Source: a virus (taxonomy: Duplodnaviria; Caudoviricetes). Taken from it: DNA of 64,000 bases. Where the stretch lies: positions 1-64,000 of the IMG/VR virus record IMGVR_UViG_3300032285_003957; one strand, written 5' to 3'. The notes beneath the pieces are model-generated. The model made no database searches, was not told where the DNA came from, and was given only the letters and a program-made list of their open reading frames with translations. The position numbers and the translations under genes were made by a program. Below, piece after piece: positions 1 to 8,599 of this stretch (positions are counted from its first letter, which is position 1; each line of letters starts with the position of its first letter).

Positions 1-41
1 AACTCATACAATCATTTTATGGAAATGAATAGAAATAATAT

Positions 42-49
42 TATATTTG
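42..49 (+). promoter_or_regulatory. Bacteroidota-type -7 promoter element TATATTTG upstream of the first cassette array
   Basis: Matches TAnnTTTG; no clear -33 TTTG. Confidence 0.45.
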
Positions 50-59
50 TTTATGAATT

Positions 60-68
60 TGTGGATAA
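60..68 (-). promoter_or_regulatory. DnaA box TTATCCACA
   Basis: Perfect 9-mer (TGTGGATAA on +), intergenic. Confidence 0.5.
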
Positions 69-84
69 CACAAACATAAGTAAT

Positions 85-177
85 ATGATAAATTACAACG
101 AAGATAATTTTGATGATATGCCAAAGGATAGACCACTAATATTCAGAGGAGTAATAAGAAACAATGAAACCATTTAA
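85..177 (+). CDS. 30-aa peptide ending VIRNNETI, overlapping the next start
   Basis: Manual translation MINYNEDNFDDMPKDRPLIFRGVIRNNETI*; same C-terminus as 164..514. Confidence 0.5.
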   Translation: MINYNEDNFDDMPKDRPLIFRGVIRNNETI

Positions 178-185
178 ATTTTTTA
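151..185 (+). repeat. 35-nt gene-junction repeat, copy 1 (GTAATAAGAAACAATGAAACCATTTAAATTTTTTA)
   Basis: Identical at 488-522; 32 nt identical at 815-846; degenerate near 1032-1066. Confidence 0.95.
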
Positions 186-514
186 CAGACAATAAAATCA
201 ATATTGAAGATGACTCACTCTATCATTTAGATGTATATGAGAATATGGCGTTGGGGTTAATAAGTTATTGTATGAGGGCGAGTAGATCACCAATTGAATG
301 GAAACATCATTTTAGAGAAGGGGTGAATAAATGTTTGGAAATTAAAGAAATTCTATTTCATAACAATTTTGAATCTCCACATGTTAAAATCGTATATAGT
401 ATTCATACAATAAACAATCCAGGTAATGCTGATATGACTAACACAAGAGAACATACATTTCATCTTGCTGAAGATGTTTACAATGAAGTAATAAGAAACA
501 ATGAAACCATTTAA
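164..514 (+). CDS. hypothetical protein, MKPFKFF leader
   Basis: ORF track; starts inside the junction repeat. Confidence 0.8.
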   Translation: MKPFKFFTDNKINIEDDSLYHLDVYENMALGLISYCMRASRSPIEWKHHFREGVNKCLEIKEILFHNNFESPHVKIVYSIHTINNPGNADMTNTREHTFHLAEDVYNEVIRNNETI

Positions 515-522
515 ATTTTTTA
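488..522 (+). repeat. 35-nt gene-junction repeat, copy 2
   Basis: Identical to 151-185. Confidence 0.95.
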
Positions 523-818
523 GCAATAATAACGATTACGTTCTTAGTTTTCCACTAATAAGAAGAAATCATGTGAGACCCATTGACGACCTTGTTTCAA
601 TGCAAGAAATGGCACAATCGGTTAGAATGAGATGGATTGATGTTAGCTTGTATAATTTACAATTAAGAATATACACACATCTACATGTGGGTGAGGTAAT
701 GAGAATTGTAAGAATAAGCATATTACCAGTTGTATTTGAACCGAACAATCAAGTTAACAGAGAAAGGTTGATAAGATTATTGGAAGCAAGATTTCACAGA
801 GCATATATACATTCATAA
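501..818 (+). CDS. hypothetical protein, MKPFKFF leader
   Basis: ORF track. Confidence 0.8.
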   Translation: MKPFKFFSNNNDYVLSFPLIRRNHVRPIDDLVSMQEMAQSVRMRWIDVSLYNLQLRIYTHLHVGEVMRIVRISILPVVFEPNNQVNRERLIRLLEARFHRAYIHS

Positions 819-846
819 GAAACAATGAAACCATTTAAATTTTTTA
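815..846 (+). repeat. gene-junction repeat, copy 3 (32 nt)
   Basis: Identical to the 3' 32 nt of copies 1 and 2. Confidence 0.9.
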
Positions 847-1058
847 ACGATAATCCCACAAGGGTTGAATGGAGATCAGCAAGTGGATTAAGACAACCGC
901 TCACATCCATTTCCTCTAATCATATCATGAACATAATGAATTGTTTATCTGGTATGGGTAACATGACAATACCTGACCCATATGAAGGAAGAACAAGGCG
1001 TGAATGGTTTACGATATTTCATAATGAATTGATAAGAAGAAGATATGTCAACTTTTAA
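825..1058 (+). CDS. hypothetical protein, MKPFKFF leader
   Basis: ORF track. Confidence 0.8.
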   Translation: MKPFKFFNDNPTRVEWRSASGLRQPLTSISSNHIMNIMNCLSGMGNMTIPDPYEGRTRREWFTIFHNELIRRRYVNF

Positions 1059-1368
1059 ATTTTTATCTGGTGCAAACACTACCGATTATACAATTCGGCT
1101 AAGAAGATATCATAAGCGTTTATTGAATAGATATTGTGAGGTGTTTAATTTAAACCCTGGCCAACCCAACTATCATGCGGGTTATTTAATATTCAATACA
1201 GTTAATCATTTCATCAATGAGGGACAATTAACTTCTTATGATGAGATTAGAAGATACTACGCCATAGCATATCGTCATTTATCTAATATGGATGATATTA
1301 TAGAGGATTTCGAACATAGCGCATTTATGTATCTTGTGAATTATCCTGAACAAACGGACAACATATAA
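1045..1368 (+). CDS. hypothetical protein, MSTFKFL leader variant
   Basis: ORF track; 14-nt overlap with the previous ORF, as for 164..514/501..818. Confidence 0.8.
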   Translation: MSTFKFLSGANTTDYTIRLRRYHKRLLNRYCEVFNLNPGQPNYHAGYLIFNTVNHFINEGQLTSYDEIRRYYAIAYRHLSNMDDIIEDFEHSAFMYLVNYPEQTDNI

Positions 1369-1386
1369 GCGAGGCGAAGCCGAGCG
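1367..1386 (+). repeat. AGCGA-hairpin-GAGCG element (GGC-GAA-GCC)
   Basis: AAGCGAGGCGAAGCCGAGCG. Confidence 0.8.
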
Positions 1387-1430
1387 GTAATAATTTGTTA
1401 ACATGGAGGTTTTGATATAAAAAACTATTT

Positions 1431-2123
1431 ATGAACATGAGGATACAGGCATTATTCATTTCGGACGTTCATCTTGGTTCCAAAGGCTCAAACGCTGAAC
1501 AAGTTCTACAAATTCTTAAGCATTACCAACCCGAATATCTATTCCTTGTGGGGGATATTGTGGATGGTTGGTTATTAAAGCGCAAATTCCGTTGGCCTCA
1601 GTCGCATACAAATGTATTAAGAAAGATATTATCTTATAGCAAGAACGGAACAAAGGTAATATACATACCAGGCAATCACGATGAGTTTATGCGTGATTAT
1701 GATGATTTTCATTTCGGGAATATTGAGATTCACAATGAGTATATTTGGAATAACACTTATATCACGCACGGAGATTTATACGATGGGGTCGTTAAATTGA
1801 AGTGGTTGGGGATTTTGGGTAGTGTTGGATACGATTTAGCCATCAGTATTGATCGCAGACTAAAATCTTGGGGATATAAGCGAAGTCTATCCAAATTCTT
1901 AAAGGATAAGGTAAAGGAAGCCGTTAAGTTTATAACATCATTTGAGGAGGAGATTGTTCGCCAGGGAATAAAACATAACTGCAGCACCGTTATTTGCGGT
2001 CACATTCATCATCCCGAGGACAAGTTAATTAACAATGTTAGATATTTAAATTCGGGGGATTGGATTGAAAATAACTCATATATCATATACGTAGATGGAG
2101 AATATACCGTTATTAAGGGATAA
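1431..2123 (+). CDS. PlcP/LpxH-like calcineurin-type metallophosphoesterase (UDP-2,3-diacylglucosamine diphosphatase-like)
   Basis: FISDVHLG, LVGDIVDGW, WPQSH, PGNHDEF, HGDLYD, CGHIH, NSGDWIE motifs. Confidence 0.85.
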   Translation: MNMRIQALFISDVHLGSKGSNAEQVLQILKHYQPEYLFLVGDIVDGWLLKRKFRWPQSHTNVLRKILSYSKNGTKVIYIPGNHDEFMRDYDDFHFGNIEIHNEYIWNNTYITHGDLYDGVVKLKWLGILGSVGYDLAISIDRRLKSWGYKRSLSKFLKDKVKEAVKFITSFEEEIVRQGIKHNCSTVICGHIHHPEDKLINNVRYLNSGDWIENNSYIIYVDGEYTVIKG

Positions 2124-2814
2124 TTTAACAATTGTCATTCCGTCGAAGAATGAGGGAATGAATTTATATCATTGTATAAGCAGCATTGCATCGCAGGTTA
2201 TGGGACAGGGGTTGAGGATTATTATTGCGGATTGCAGTGATGAGCGAAAGTCGTTTGATGTATTGGCGGAGATTAAGAGGGATTTTAAGTATTCGTTAAA
2301 TATTGAGATAATTGAGGGTGGATATCCCGCATATGGAAGAAAATCGGGGGCTGATTTGGTAAAGACGCCCTATGTTTTGTTTATGGATGCGGATATTATA
2401 TTATTGGATAGGAGGGTATTAGTGGATTGTTTGAATAAGACCTCGCATTTGACCACAGTTACCTTTTCGACCGATTACGGATACAATTGGATATATGGGG
2501 TTTTCACAAGCGCGCAGAGGGTAATGAAGTTTTTCGGGGATACATTTGCGATTGGTGGTTTTCAACTATTCAGAACGGAGATTTATAATTATACGGGCGG
2601 ATACAATCCAAATCATGTTTTTGCGGAGGATTATTATGTATCCAACAAGATTCATTCGCAGTTTTTTAATATACATAAGACCAAAGGGGTCTATACATCG
2701 GCCAGACGTTTTAAAAACAAGGGTTTATTCTATATGTTGGGCCTAATGATAAAATGTTGGTTCAATAGAAGAAACGAGTCATTTTACATAAAATCGCATA
2801 ACTACTGGAATTAA
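2095..2814 (+). CDS. glycosyltransferase family 2
   Basis: IVIPSKNE, IIIADCS, FMDAD (DxD), EDY, TSARRF. Confidence 0.85.
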   Translation: MENIPLLRDNLTIVIPSKNEGMNLYHCISSIASQVMGQGLRIIIADCSDERKSFDVLAEIKRDFKYSLNIEIIEGGYPAYGRKSGADLVKTPYVLFMDADIILLDRRVLVDCLNKTSHLTTVTFSTDYGYNWIYGVFTSAQRVMKFFGDTFAIGGFQLFRTEIYNYTGGYNPNHVFAEDYYVSNKIHSQFFNIHKTKGVYTSARRFKNKGLFYMLGLMIKCWFNRRNESFYIKSHNYWN

Positions 2815-2815
2815 T

Positions 2816-2911
2816 ATGGGAACAATATTTCCGTGGCTTTTATCATTTACAATGGTGATAGGATTAACTATTATTGTAATGATTGTTGACCACATCACAA
2901 AAAAAAGATAA
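2816..2911 (+). CDS. 31-aa single-TM peptide
   Basis: Manual translation MGTIFPWLLSFTMVIGLTIIVMIVDHITKKR*; fills the gap between genes. Confidence 0.5.
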   Translation: MGTIFPWLLSFTMVIGLTIIVMIVDHITKKR

Positions 2912-3211
2912 ATGTATAAAGAACTTATTGTATTAATATCGCAGACCTTGTATAATATATTCAAGGTATTGGAGATAAAGTATACCTATCAAAACAAGGT
3001 GGGTGCTTTATTATTAAACTCTGTATGGATAAATTTGGTTGCATTGGCTTCCACCTATTATGCCATTGATGATTTATTGAAGGGGAATTTCACCATTATT
3101 ATATTCTATATAACGGGTTCGGTTGTTGGGAAATATGTTGGAATGCAGTTTGGAAACCCAAGAAATCAGGTGTGGAGGAAACTATTTAAACAAAAAAAAT
3201 CACATGAATAA
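2912..3211 (+). CDS. small multi-pass membrane protein
   Basis: Hydrophobic helices, GSVVGKYVGM. Confidence 0.7.
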   Translation: MYKELIVLISQTLYNIFKVLEIKYTYQNKVGALLLNSVWINLVALASTYYAIDDLLKGNFTIIIFYITGSVVGKYVGMQFGNPRNQVWRKLFKQKKSHE

Positions 3212-3363
3212 ATTAATCGGGGAGATTATAACGGTATCAGCTATATGCGTATTATATTATTGGGCGGTTAAATCTTTTATGAAGATGCTTTCAAAAAAAG
3301 GATTATAGCTCATAATTTGGAATTATCGAAAATATTATCTATATTTTTATAAAACACCACAAT

Positions 3364-3552
3364 ATGTCACATTTTATTTATTTTGACGAGCCCGATGATT
3401 ATGAACCAGAGGATGATTCCAATGAAAATTCGGGAATGAGCAGCATGTATAAACAAATGTTAAGGGATGGAATTCCCACGGATGATATGGGTAGAATCTA
3501 TCTAAGCGATGGGATGGTATTATGTCCCGACGGCACGGTTAAGGAGCAATAA
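3364..3552 (+). CDS. small acidic hypothetical protein
   Basis: ORF track; TTTG and TATATTTT upstream. Confidence 0.65.
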   Translation: MSHFIYFDEPDDYEPEDDSNENSGMSSMYKQMLRDGIPTDDMGRIYLSDGMVLCPDGTVKEQ

Positions 3553-3573
3553 GTTGGTATTTAATGTAATGAA

Positions 3574-3834
3574 ATGAGCAAATTCCGATTTTTATCGTCA
3601 GTTCCCACCTATATGCACAGAATATCATTTGAAACCTGCAATCCCGAGATGAATTTCCAATATTTGGTTGAAACCTATGTGGAAGAGAGGGAAGATATCC
3701 AATTCACCTGCATGTTCTTGGGGAATATGTATGATACCGAATTTTCGGAGGATGTATTAAACTTAATTACCAATAATCTATTAGGTCACCCTGATATAGT
3801 AAGTGCTGAACTAATTGAAGTTGAATCGATATAA
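3574..3834 (+). CDS. hypothetical protein, MSKFRFL leader variant
   Basis: ORF track; N-terminus resembles the MKPFKFF family. Confidence 0.7.
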   Translation: MSKFRFLSSVPTYMHRISFETCNPEMNFQYLVETYVEEREDIQFTCMFLGNMYDTEFSEDVLNLITNNLLGHPDIVSAELIEVESI

Positions 3835-3837
3835 TAT

Positions 3838-4161
3838 ATGAAAAAGAAAAAACCCTTTGAGAAGATAATAAAGGAATGGAATGACGCTTCCCCTAAAGAA
3901 GTATGGGAAGGAGTTAGAGATAACTTTATATTCGGATTCTTGGGAGCCACCATTATTGTATTCATATCCACAAGAACGGATATAATGGTTCTTATGGTAT
4001 ATCTAACATATTATTTCTTTATGGGAAGAATTGTTAATCGTCCTAAGTATGTAACCGATTTGGGTAAGATGATTGTCTTTCCCATACCCTCAGCTTTGGG
4101 AGCTTTCACAGGATATAAATTGTCCTTTATTCTACAAGCACTTATAAACCATACAGTATAA
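3838..4161 (+). CDS. hypothetical membrane protein
   Basis: Two or three hydrophobic segments. Confidence 0.7.
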   Translation: MKKKKPFEKIIKEWNDASPKEVWEGVRDNFIFGFLGATIIVFISTRTDIMVLMVYLTYYFFMGRIVNRPKYVTDLGKMIVFPIPSALGAFTGYKLSFILQALINHTV

Positions 4162-4170
4162 TATATCGGT

Positions 4171-4990
4171 AAGCGAGGCGCTCCGACAGGAGTGGCGAGC
4201 CATACTATCTCCTGCTAATTCCCTGACTTCTACCTGACTATTCCCTGAAGCGAGACCCTCGACAGAGGGGCGAGCGTATAATATTCCCACCATACTACCC
4301 CATAAAATCACCCCTAAAAAAGTGCCGTTTTTGATACTAAAAACCCATATAAATTAGTCCTATTTTGCCAGCCATTCTGTCGTGATCTTTTTTTCCCACC
4401 GACATTGTGTCATATCTCGAAATTTTCGTCTTACATATATAATATCGCCATTTTGTGGAAAAAGTGGGGAAAAGTGGTAATCCGTGGGGATTGTCCCCTG
4501 TCCGAAGTAAAGAGCATATACAAAAAAAATTCCAGACTACCAAAAAAAGTTATCCACATTTTAAGTATTACGCTCGCCCCCTTGCGGTGGCTCGCTGCAT
4601 CCCGAGTAGCATGGCATATATAATTATATATTTTATAAGGCATATGTAATACGGCCCTAACCCCCTGAAGCGAGGCCGATAGGCCGAGCGTAATACTTGC
4701 TAACATTTTACTAACAATTGTAGTGCTCGCTCCACTGCGTTCCGCTCGCCCGCGGGGCCCGAATAAAGTTATCCACATTTTTATCACATACTTATCCCCA
4801 TGTAATACGGGATGAAGCGAGGCCGATAGGCCGAGCGCATAATTGTTAAAATTTTGTTGTTGTAGCAACGAATAGTTTTCTGGCAAGTATTACAGTCGCC
4901 GATGAGATATGGCGGATTATAAAAAACAAAGTTTGCTGGCAAGTAATACAAGCAAGTATGCTCGCTCGCCCTTTCGGTCGACCTCGCTGC
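4171..4990. repeat. cluster of seven AGCGA-hairpin-GAGCG elements (4171+, 4247+, 4571-, 4667+, 4725-, 4814+, 4960-)
   Basis: Conserved flanks around variable stems with GACA/GATA/GCAA/GAAA/GCA loops; 23-nt exact copies at 4667, 4814 and 17502. Confidence 0.85.
4454..4800. promoter_or_regulatory. DnaA-box cluster: 4550-4558 and 4769-4777 perfect; 4454-4462 TTTTCCACA on -; 4792-4800 one mismatch
   Basis: TTATCCACA / TTWTNCACA matches in non-coding DNA, with an AT-rich tract near 4613-4640. Confidence 0.65.
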
Positions 4991-5008
4991 GTGAAAATAA
5001 ATAATGTA

Positions 5009-5863
5009 TTACTTTACATGTGGGACTTCAGTCCAATACTCACTACCTACTTTAATGCCGTAGTTGTTCATGAACTTTGTGAATTCATAGAAGACCTGTT
5101 GTTCGAAATGGCTTCTGTCGCCGGGTTTTAATGCCAGTAAACTTTCACGGTCCTGATCTGTGATGGTAAAATGTAAATCTGTAATCTTTAACTTAAGCGT
5201 AGGAGTAATCTTATAGTTATGGGTTGCGTCCACAGTTGTAACCAACTCAGCATTATCTCCTACTTGGAAGTGGATAGTTACATTGGTCTCGGGTTGATTT
5301 TTCTCTAATGGAACAGTTAATTTACCCTTTCTAAGTTTTCTCATGTGGATGTTTGCGCGTGAGAACACGGCTTGTTGCATGTCGGCCGCATGGAAGAACT
5401 TCTTCAGCTGAGCTATTGCTTCAGGATGCAGCACGTAAATTTCATTGCTAATCTTGGAGGGGATGGATACAATTGGTGAGGATATCAGATACTGATGTCT
5501 TACATATGCGGCTAGAAGATTCAGATTTGGTTTCATAAGATCTACACCGTCGTATGACACGCCCTTTAATCCGCCGCTGAAGACAATATGTTGCACGCTG
5601 AATTTATCCGCTGCGGCATAATCATGCATCATTTCGTAATACGCGCTCATAGCATGCTGCAGCATGGACTCATGCACTTGGGGCTCCTTGATCAGGAGGA
5701 ACAATGCGAATTCTAATGGCGGCGGACCGTCAATTGGTTCTTTGGAGGTAGACTCTTGCACAACATAACTATGTAGTATTACACCGTTACCTTGGCCAAT
5801 CTCATGTCCCTTTAGCTCCTCATGGAGTTGTATAATAATGTCTCTTCTATCTTGCATTACCAT
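5009..5863 (-). CDS. hypothetical protein (GC-elevated orphan)
   Basis: ORF track 5009..5887, start moved to MVMQ; visibly higher GC than neighbours. Confidence 0.75.
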   Translation of the reverse strand: MVMQDRRDIIIQLHEELKGHEIGQGNGVILHSYVVQESTSKEPIDGPPPLEFALFLLIKEPQVHESMLQHAMSAYYEMMHDYAAADKFSVQHIVFSGGLKGVSYDGVDLMKPNLNLLAAYVRHQYLISSPIVSIPSKISNEIYVLHPEAIAQLKKFFHAADMQQAVFSRANIHMRKLRKGKLTVPLEKNQPETNVTIHFQVGDNAELVTTVDATHNYKITPTLKLKITDLHFTITDQDRESLLALKPGDRSHFEQQVFYEFTKFMNNYGIKVGSEYWTEVPHVK

Positions 5864-5929
5864 AAATATAATAAAAAAGGTCCCCATAAAATGGAAACCC
5901 TCTTTATTTTTTTTAGAATCCCGTATGTA

Positions 5930-6133
5930 TTACTTGGCAAGTAAAATGTTACGGTATGCAATCGCTTGACGCTTACTACTGAAGTTACGACTTACTTTAG
6001 TTCCGCCTACCACAGCTCTTACGCGATAAGATGTCCCATCGTGGTAAATGTTGTTTGAAACGCGGTTGTAAGTTGTTAGTGTTGTTGTCTTGCGGGTTGC
6101 AGTTTTTTTCATTCTGTTGGTTGTTGTTTTCAT
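5930..6133 (-). CDS. small basic AP2/integrase-type DNA-binding-domain-like protein
   Basis: NIYHDGTSYRVRAVVGGTKVSRNFSSKRQAIAYRN: three beta strands plus helix. Confidence 0.55.
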   Translation of the reverse strand: MKTTTNRMKKTATRKTTTLTTYNRVSNNIYHDGTSYRVRAVVGGTKVSRNFSSKRQAIAYRNILLAK

Positions 6134-6250
6134 GACATTTATTGTTTATAATAAAATATACACAAAAATGCCCGTAAAAAAAAATCAACAGCCAACTTTT
6201 TTCAATAAAGAGTTTTTGCCAGGAAACTATCGCATCCTGATCATCGCTGA

Positions 6251-6391
6251 TCATGCAGGTGGAATATACCAGTGTTCTCCATACTTGCTTTGCATGTAAT
6301 GGATATAACGACGGTGCTTCATTCCATTGTATAGGAATATGGTTAGATGGTAATCCACCCACCACTGCAATCTTTTGATTTGCTTTTTCAT
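6251..6391 (-). CDS. 46-aa hypothetical protein
   Basis: Manual translation MKKQIKRLQWWVDYHLTIFLYNGMKHRRYIHYMQSKYGEHWYIPPA*. Confidence 0.55.
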   Translation of the reverse strand: MKKQIKRLQWWVDYHLTIFLYNGMKHRRYIHYMQSKYGEHWYIPPA

Positions 6392-6451
6392 AATTGTGTT
6401 GGTTTAAGTATTTTTTGCCAGGAAACTATTGGGATGGTGATCAGGATCAGA

Positions 6452-6646
6452 TCAGATTTCCGTATGATAAGTTATCTCCTCATCAACTCTCTCCAAGTTG
6501 AATAGGTCTACTATCTCATTCAAAGCTTCGATTTTAGCTTTGGCAGCGGTTTCTAAAATTAATCCCATAGCCATCATGTGCTCATAGTGATTAATCTTGG
6601 ACATAATGTAGAGCTTCAGCGCAGCCCCGTTAATTGTGTTTGACAT
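6452..6646 (-). CDS. hypothetical protein
   Basis: ORF track; start moved to MSNT. Confidence 0.65.
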   Translation of the reverse strand: MSNTINGAALKLYIMSKINHYEHMMAMGLILETAAKAKIEALNEIVDLFNLERVDEEITYHTEI

Positions 6647-6657
6647 ATGTGTGTGTT

Positions 6658-6861
6658 TTATTTTTGCAAATCCCTCCACAAGCGGTAGTGGCCAGTAACT
6701 ATGGTCGTCTCCCTCAACGCATCTTTTTGAGATTTGATTCCCTCCTTATACAGGCGGAAAACCTTACCTCCATCAATTGAACACCATAATTCATAGGTGC
6801 CGTTGTCCGACGAGAACCGAATCTCGGTCTTAATCGGTGGTTTACTTTTCGTCTTTAACAT
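6658..6861 (-). CDS. hypothetical protein
   Basis: ORF track. Confidence 0.65.
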   Translation of the reverse strand: MLKTKSKPPIKTEIRFSSDNGTYELWCSIDGGKVFRLYKEGIKSQKDALRETTIVTGHYRLWRDLQK

Positions 6862-6887
6862 ATTATTGTTTTTTATAGTGTAACAAA

Positions 6888-7211
6888 CTAAGTCGTTAAA
6901 AGTTTATAATGACCATCAGTAATTAAATCCAACAGGTGTGCAGCCTCAAGCGCTTCCAACTGGTAGATGTTCTCTTCCCACTCATCTCCATTGTAATCCT
7001 TTCCAAGTAGAGTCATCCCGTTCTCGAGTTGCTCCACAATGAATCGCTCTTTCACATACTCGTGGTTGTAAACCTCCACTTCTTGGAAAACAATAAATGG
7101 ATTATTGAATTCAATAACAATACCATCTTCTTTGTGCTGCTCAAATGTATTTTCCACTTGATTGAGAAGTTTAATCCTAAGCTCCTCGACCTGCTGCTTA
7201 TATGTTTGCAT
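6888..7211 (-). CDS. hypothetical protein
   Basis: ORF track; start moved to MQTY. Confidence 0.7.
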   Translation of the reverse strand: MQTYKQQVEELRIKLLNQVENTFEQHKEDGIVIEFNNPFIVFQEVEVYNHEYVKERFIVEQLENGMTLLGKDYNGDEWEENIYQLEALEAAHLLDLITDGHYKLLTT

Positions 7212-7815
7212 TGTATTCTTTTTCGTTTTGACAAGACTCACAGATTTCATCACCCATATCCATTTCGGCTCCGCACTCGGGGCATTCGTCGTATTCTTCT
7301 TCTTCCAATAAGAAGTCAATTTTCATTGCCACAATATAACCACTTCTATCTCTCACAATGAATAAAGGGTAACCACCATCTCCAATACCTGACGAAGATA
7401 CAACACCATTGTCATACACTCCCCAAGAATCTTTGCTTAAGGTCATCTCACACATCTTCTCATACCATCTATCACCTTCTTCTTCTCTGTGAGGTAAAGT
7501 AAACGGAGGTTCTTCAGTTTGGATACCACTTGCTATTGCATCATTTCTGTAGCTGTCATACGAGAAGATACCAGCTTGACCTGAATCAACTCCTACTTGA
7601 CCTGGTGCTTCTTCCCAATCTAAAGCGCCGCTGTAATCGCTGTGTATTACCTGCAGTGAGTGAACGCGTTCGCCCCACCCGCTACAATCTCTTTTGTCTG
7701 CCTCGACATTGTATGTGCCGGGTAATACATTCTTTAATTTGACTTGGCACCAAGTAGGCTCAGTGTAACAAGGGTCGGATACCATAACTGTGTCTGTAAG
7801 TTGAATCTGTTTCAT
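7198..7815 (-). CDS. DUF4241-like protein with C-terminal zinc ribbon
   Basis: VSDPCY, GVDSGQAGIF, SGIGDGGYP; CPEC..CESC. Confidence 0.6.
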   Translation of the reverse strand: MKQIQLTDTVMVSDPCYTEPTWCQVKLKNVLPGTYNVEADKRDCSGWGERVHSLQVIHSDYSGALDWEEAPGQVGVDSGQAGIFSYDSYRNDAIASGIQTEEPPFTLPHREEEGDRWYEKMCEMTLSKDSWGVYDNGVVSSSGIGDGGYPLFIVRDRSGYIVAMKIDFLLEEEEYDECPECGAEMDMGDEICESCQNEKEYNANI

Positions 7816-7841
7816 TGTGTTTGAATTTTGGATTAAAATTA

Positions 7842-8363
7842 TTAAATGTTTTTGGTTCTACCAAATTTTTCTTTTAAAAGTTGTGTGACCTCTCTGCGTG
7901 TATTACTTATGGACTCCATCATTTTATCTTCCAAGCGAATTCGTCCCATACGAATAAGTTCGTCGCTCTCATAGAATTTTTCGATGTCAGTCCCAAGGTC
8001 TTCTACTTTACCAATAATATCCGAGATATCATTGCGGCTCATACCGTGTCTATAGAATAACGCGTAAGCATATACATACTCGTTACCTCGACCGCCGATA
8101 CGGAATTTAACATTGCTGTTAAGCTTAACATCTTCAAGTTGTCTTAACTGCATAATTATTTCTTCAAGCTTACACAACAATTGAATGTCGGACTTGTGCT
8201 CGTTGATTAAAGTTTTGTAGTGGTCCATAAAGATGTGAAGATCTTCCACACCATCATTTTTATAACGCTCACAATTTTTAATAAATGATTCGTATGCATC
8301 TTTCATTTTGTGAGAGCCGACGATTTTTGTGAACACGCCGTCGTTCTTTTGATATTTTACCAT
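7842..8363 (-). CDS. hypothetical protein
   Basis: ORF track. Confidence 0.75.
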   Translation of the reverse strand: MVKYQKNDGVFTKIVGSHKMKDAYESFIKNCERYKNDGVEDLHIFMDHYKTLINEHKSDIQLLCKLEEIIMQLRQLEDVKLNSNVKFRIGGRGNEYVYAYALFYRHGMSRNDISDIIGKVEDLGTDIEKFYESDELIRMGRIRLEDKMMESISNTRREVTQLLKEKFGRTKNI

Positions 8364-8599
8364 AATTGTTGTCCGTAGTTTAAAAGTATTCTAAAAGGAA
8401 GTAACAGATAGTCTTGCCAGGAAACATTTGACCCGGCGTATCCTGTTTTCAGGAAAATCTGTGTGTTGAATTCGTTACCTCCAAAATATGGGGTTGGCTT
8501 CACATATCCTGAGGATACACGAAATTCGCTTAGCCATTCTTCTTGAGTGAGTCTATCCTCTGGATAATACACACTCGCCACATTAAGCCTCTTGTCCAT
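8357..8599 (-). CDS. hypothetical protein
   Basis: ORF track; start moved to MDKR. Confidence 0.55.
   Translation of the reverse strand: MDKRLNVASVYYPEDRLTQEEWLSEFRVSSGYVKPTPYFGGNEFNTQIFLKTGYAGSNVSWQDYLLLPFRILLNYGQQLW

Noticed and set aside
151-846. Junction repeats as a CRISPR array or integron attC sites
   Set aside because: Spacers are 300+ nt coding genes, repeats are not palindromic, and no cas or integrase gene is in the window
4337-4886. ORF-track ORFs 4337..4543, 4405..4623, 4431..4886, 4455..4649
   Set aside because: Mutually overlapping, run through hairpin repeats and DnaA boxes, no protein-like motifs; the region reads as non-coding
5997-6365. ORF-track ORFs 5997..6365 and 6090..6299
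   Set aside because: Better explained by the 46-aa ORF 6251..6391 and the AP2-like ORF in other frames
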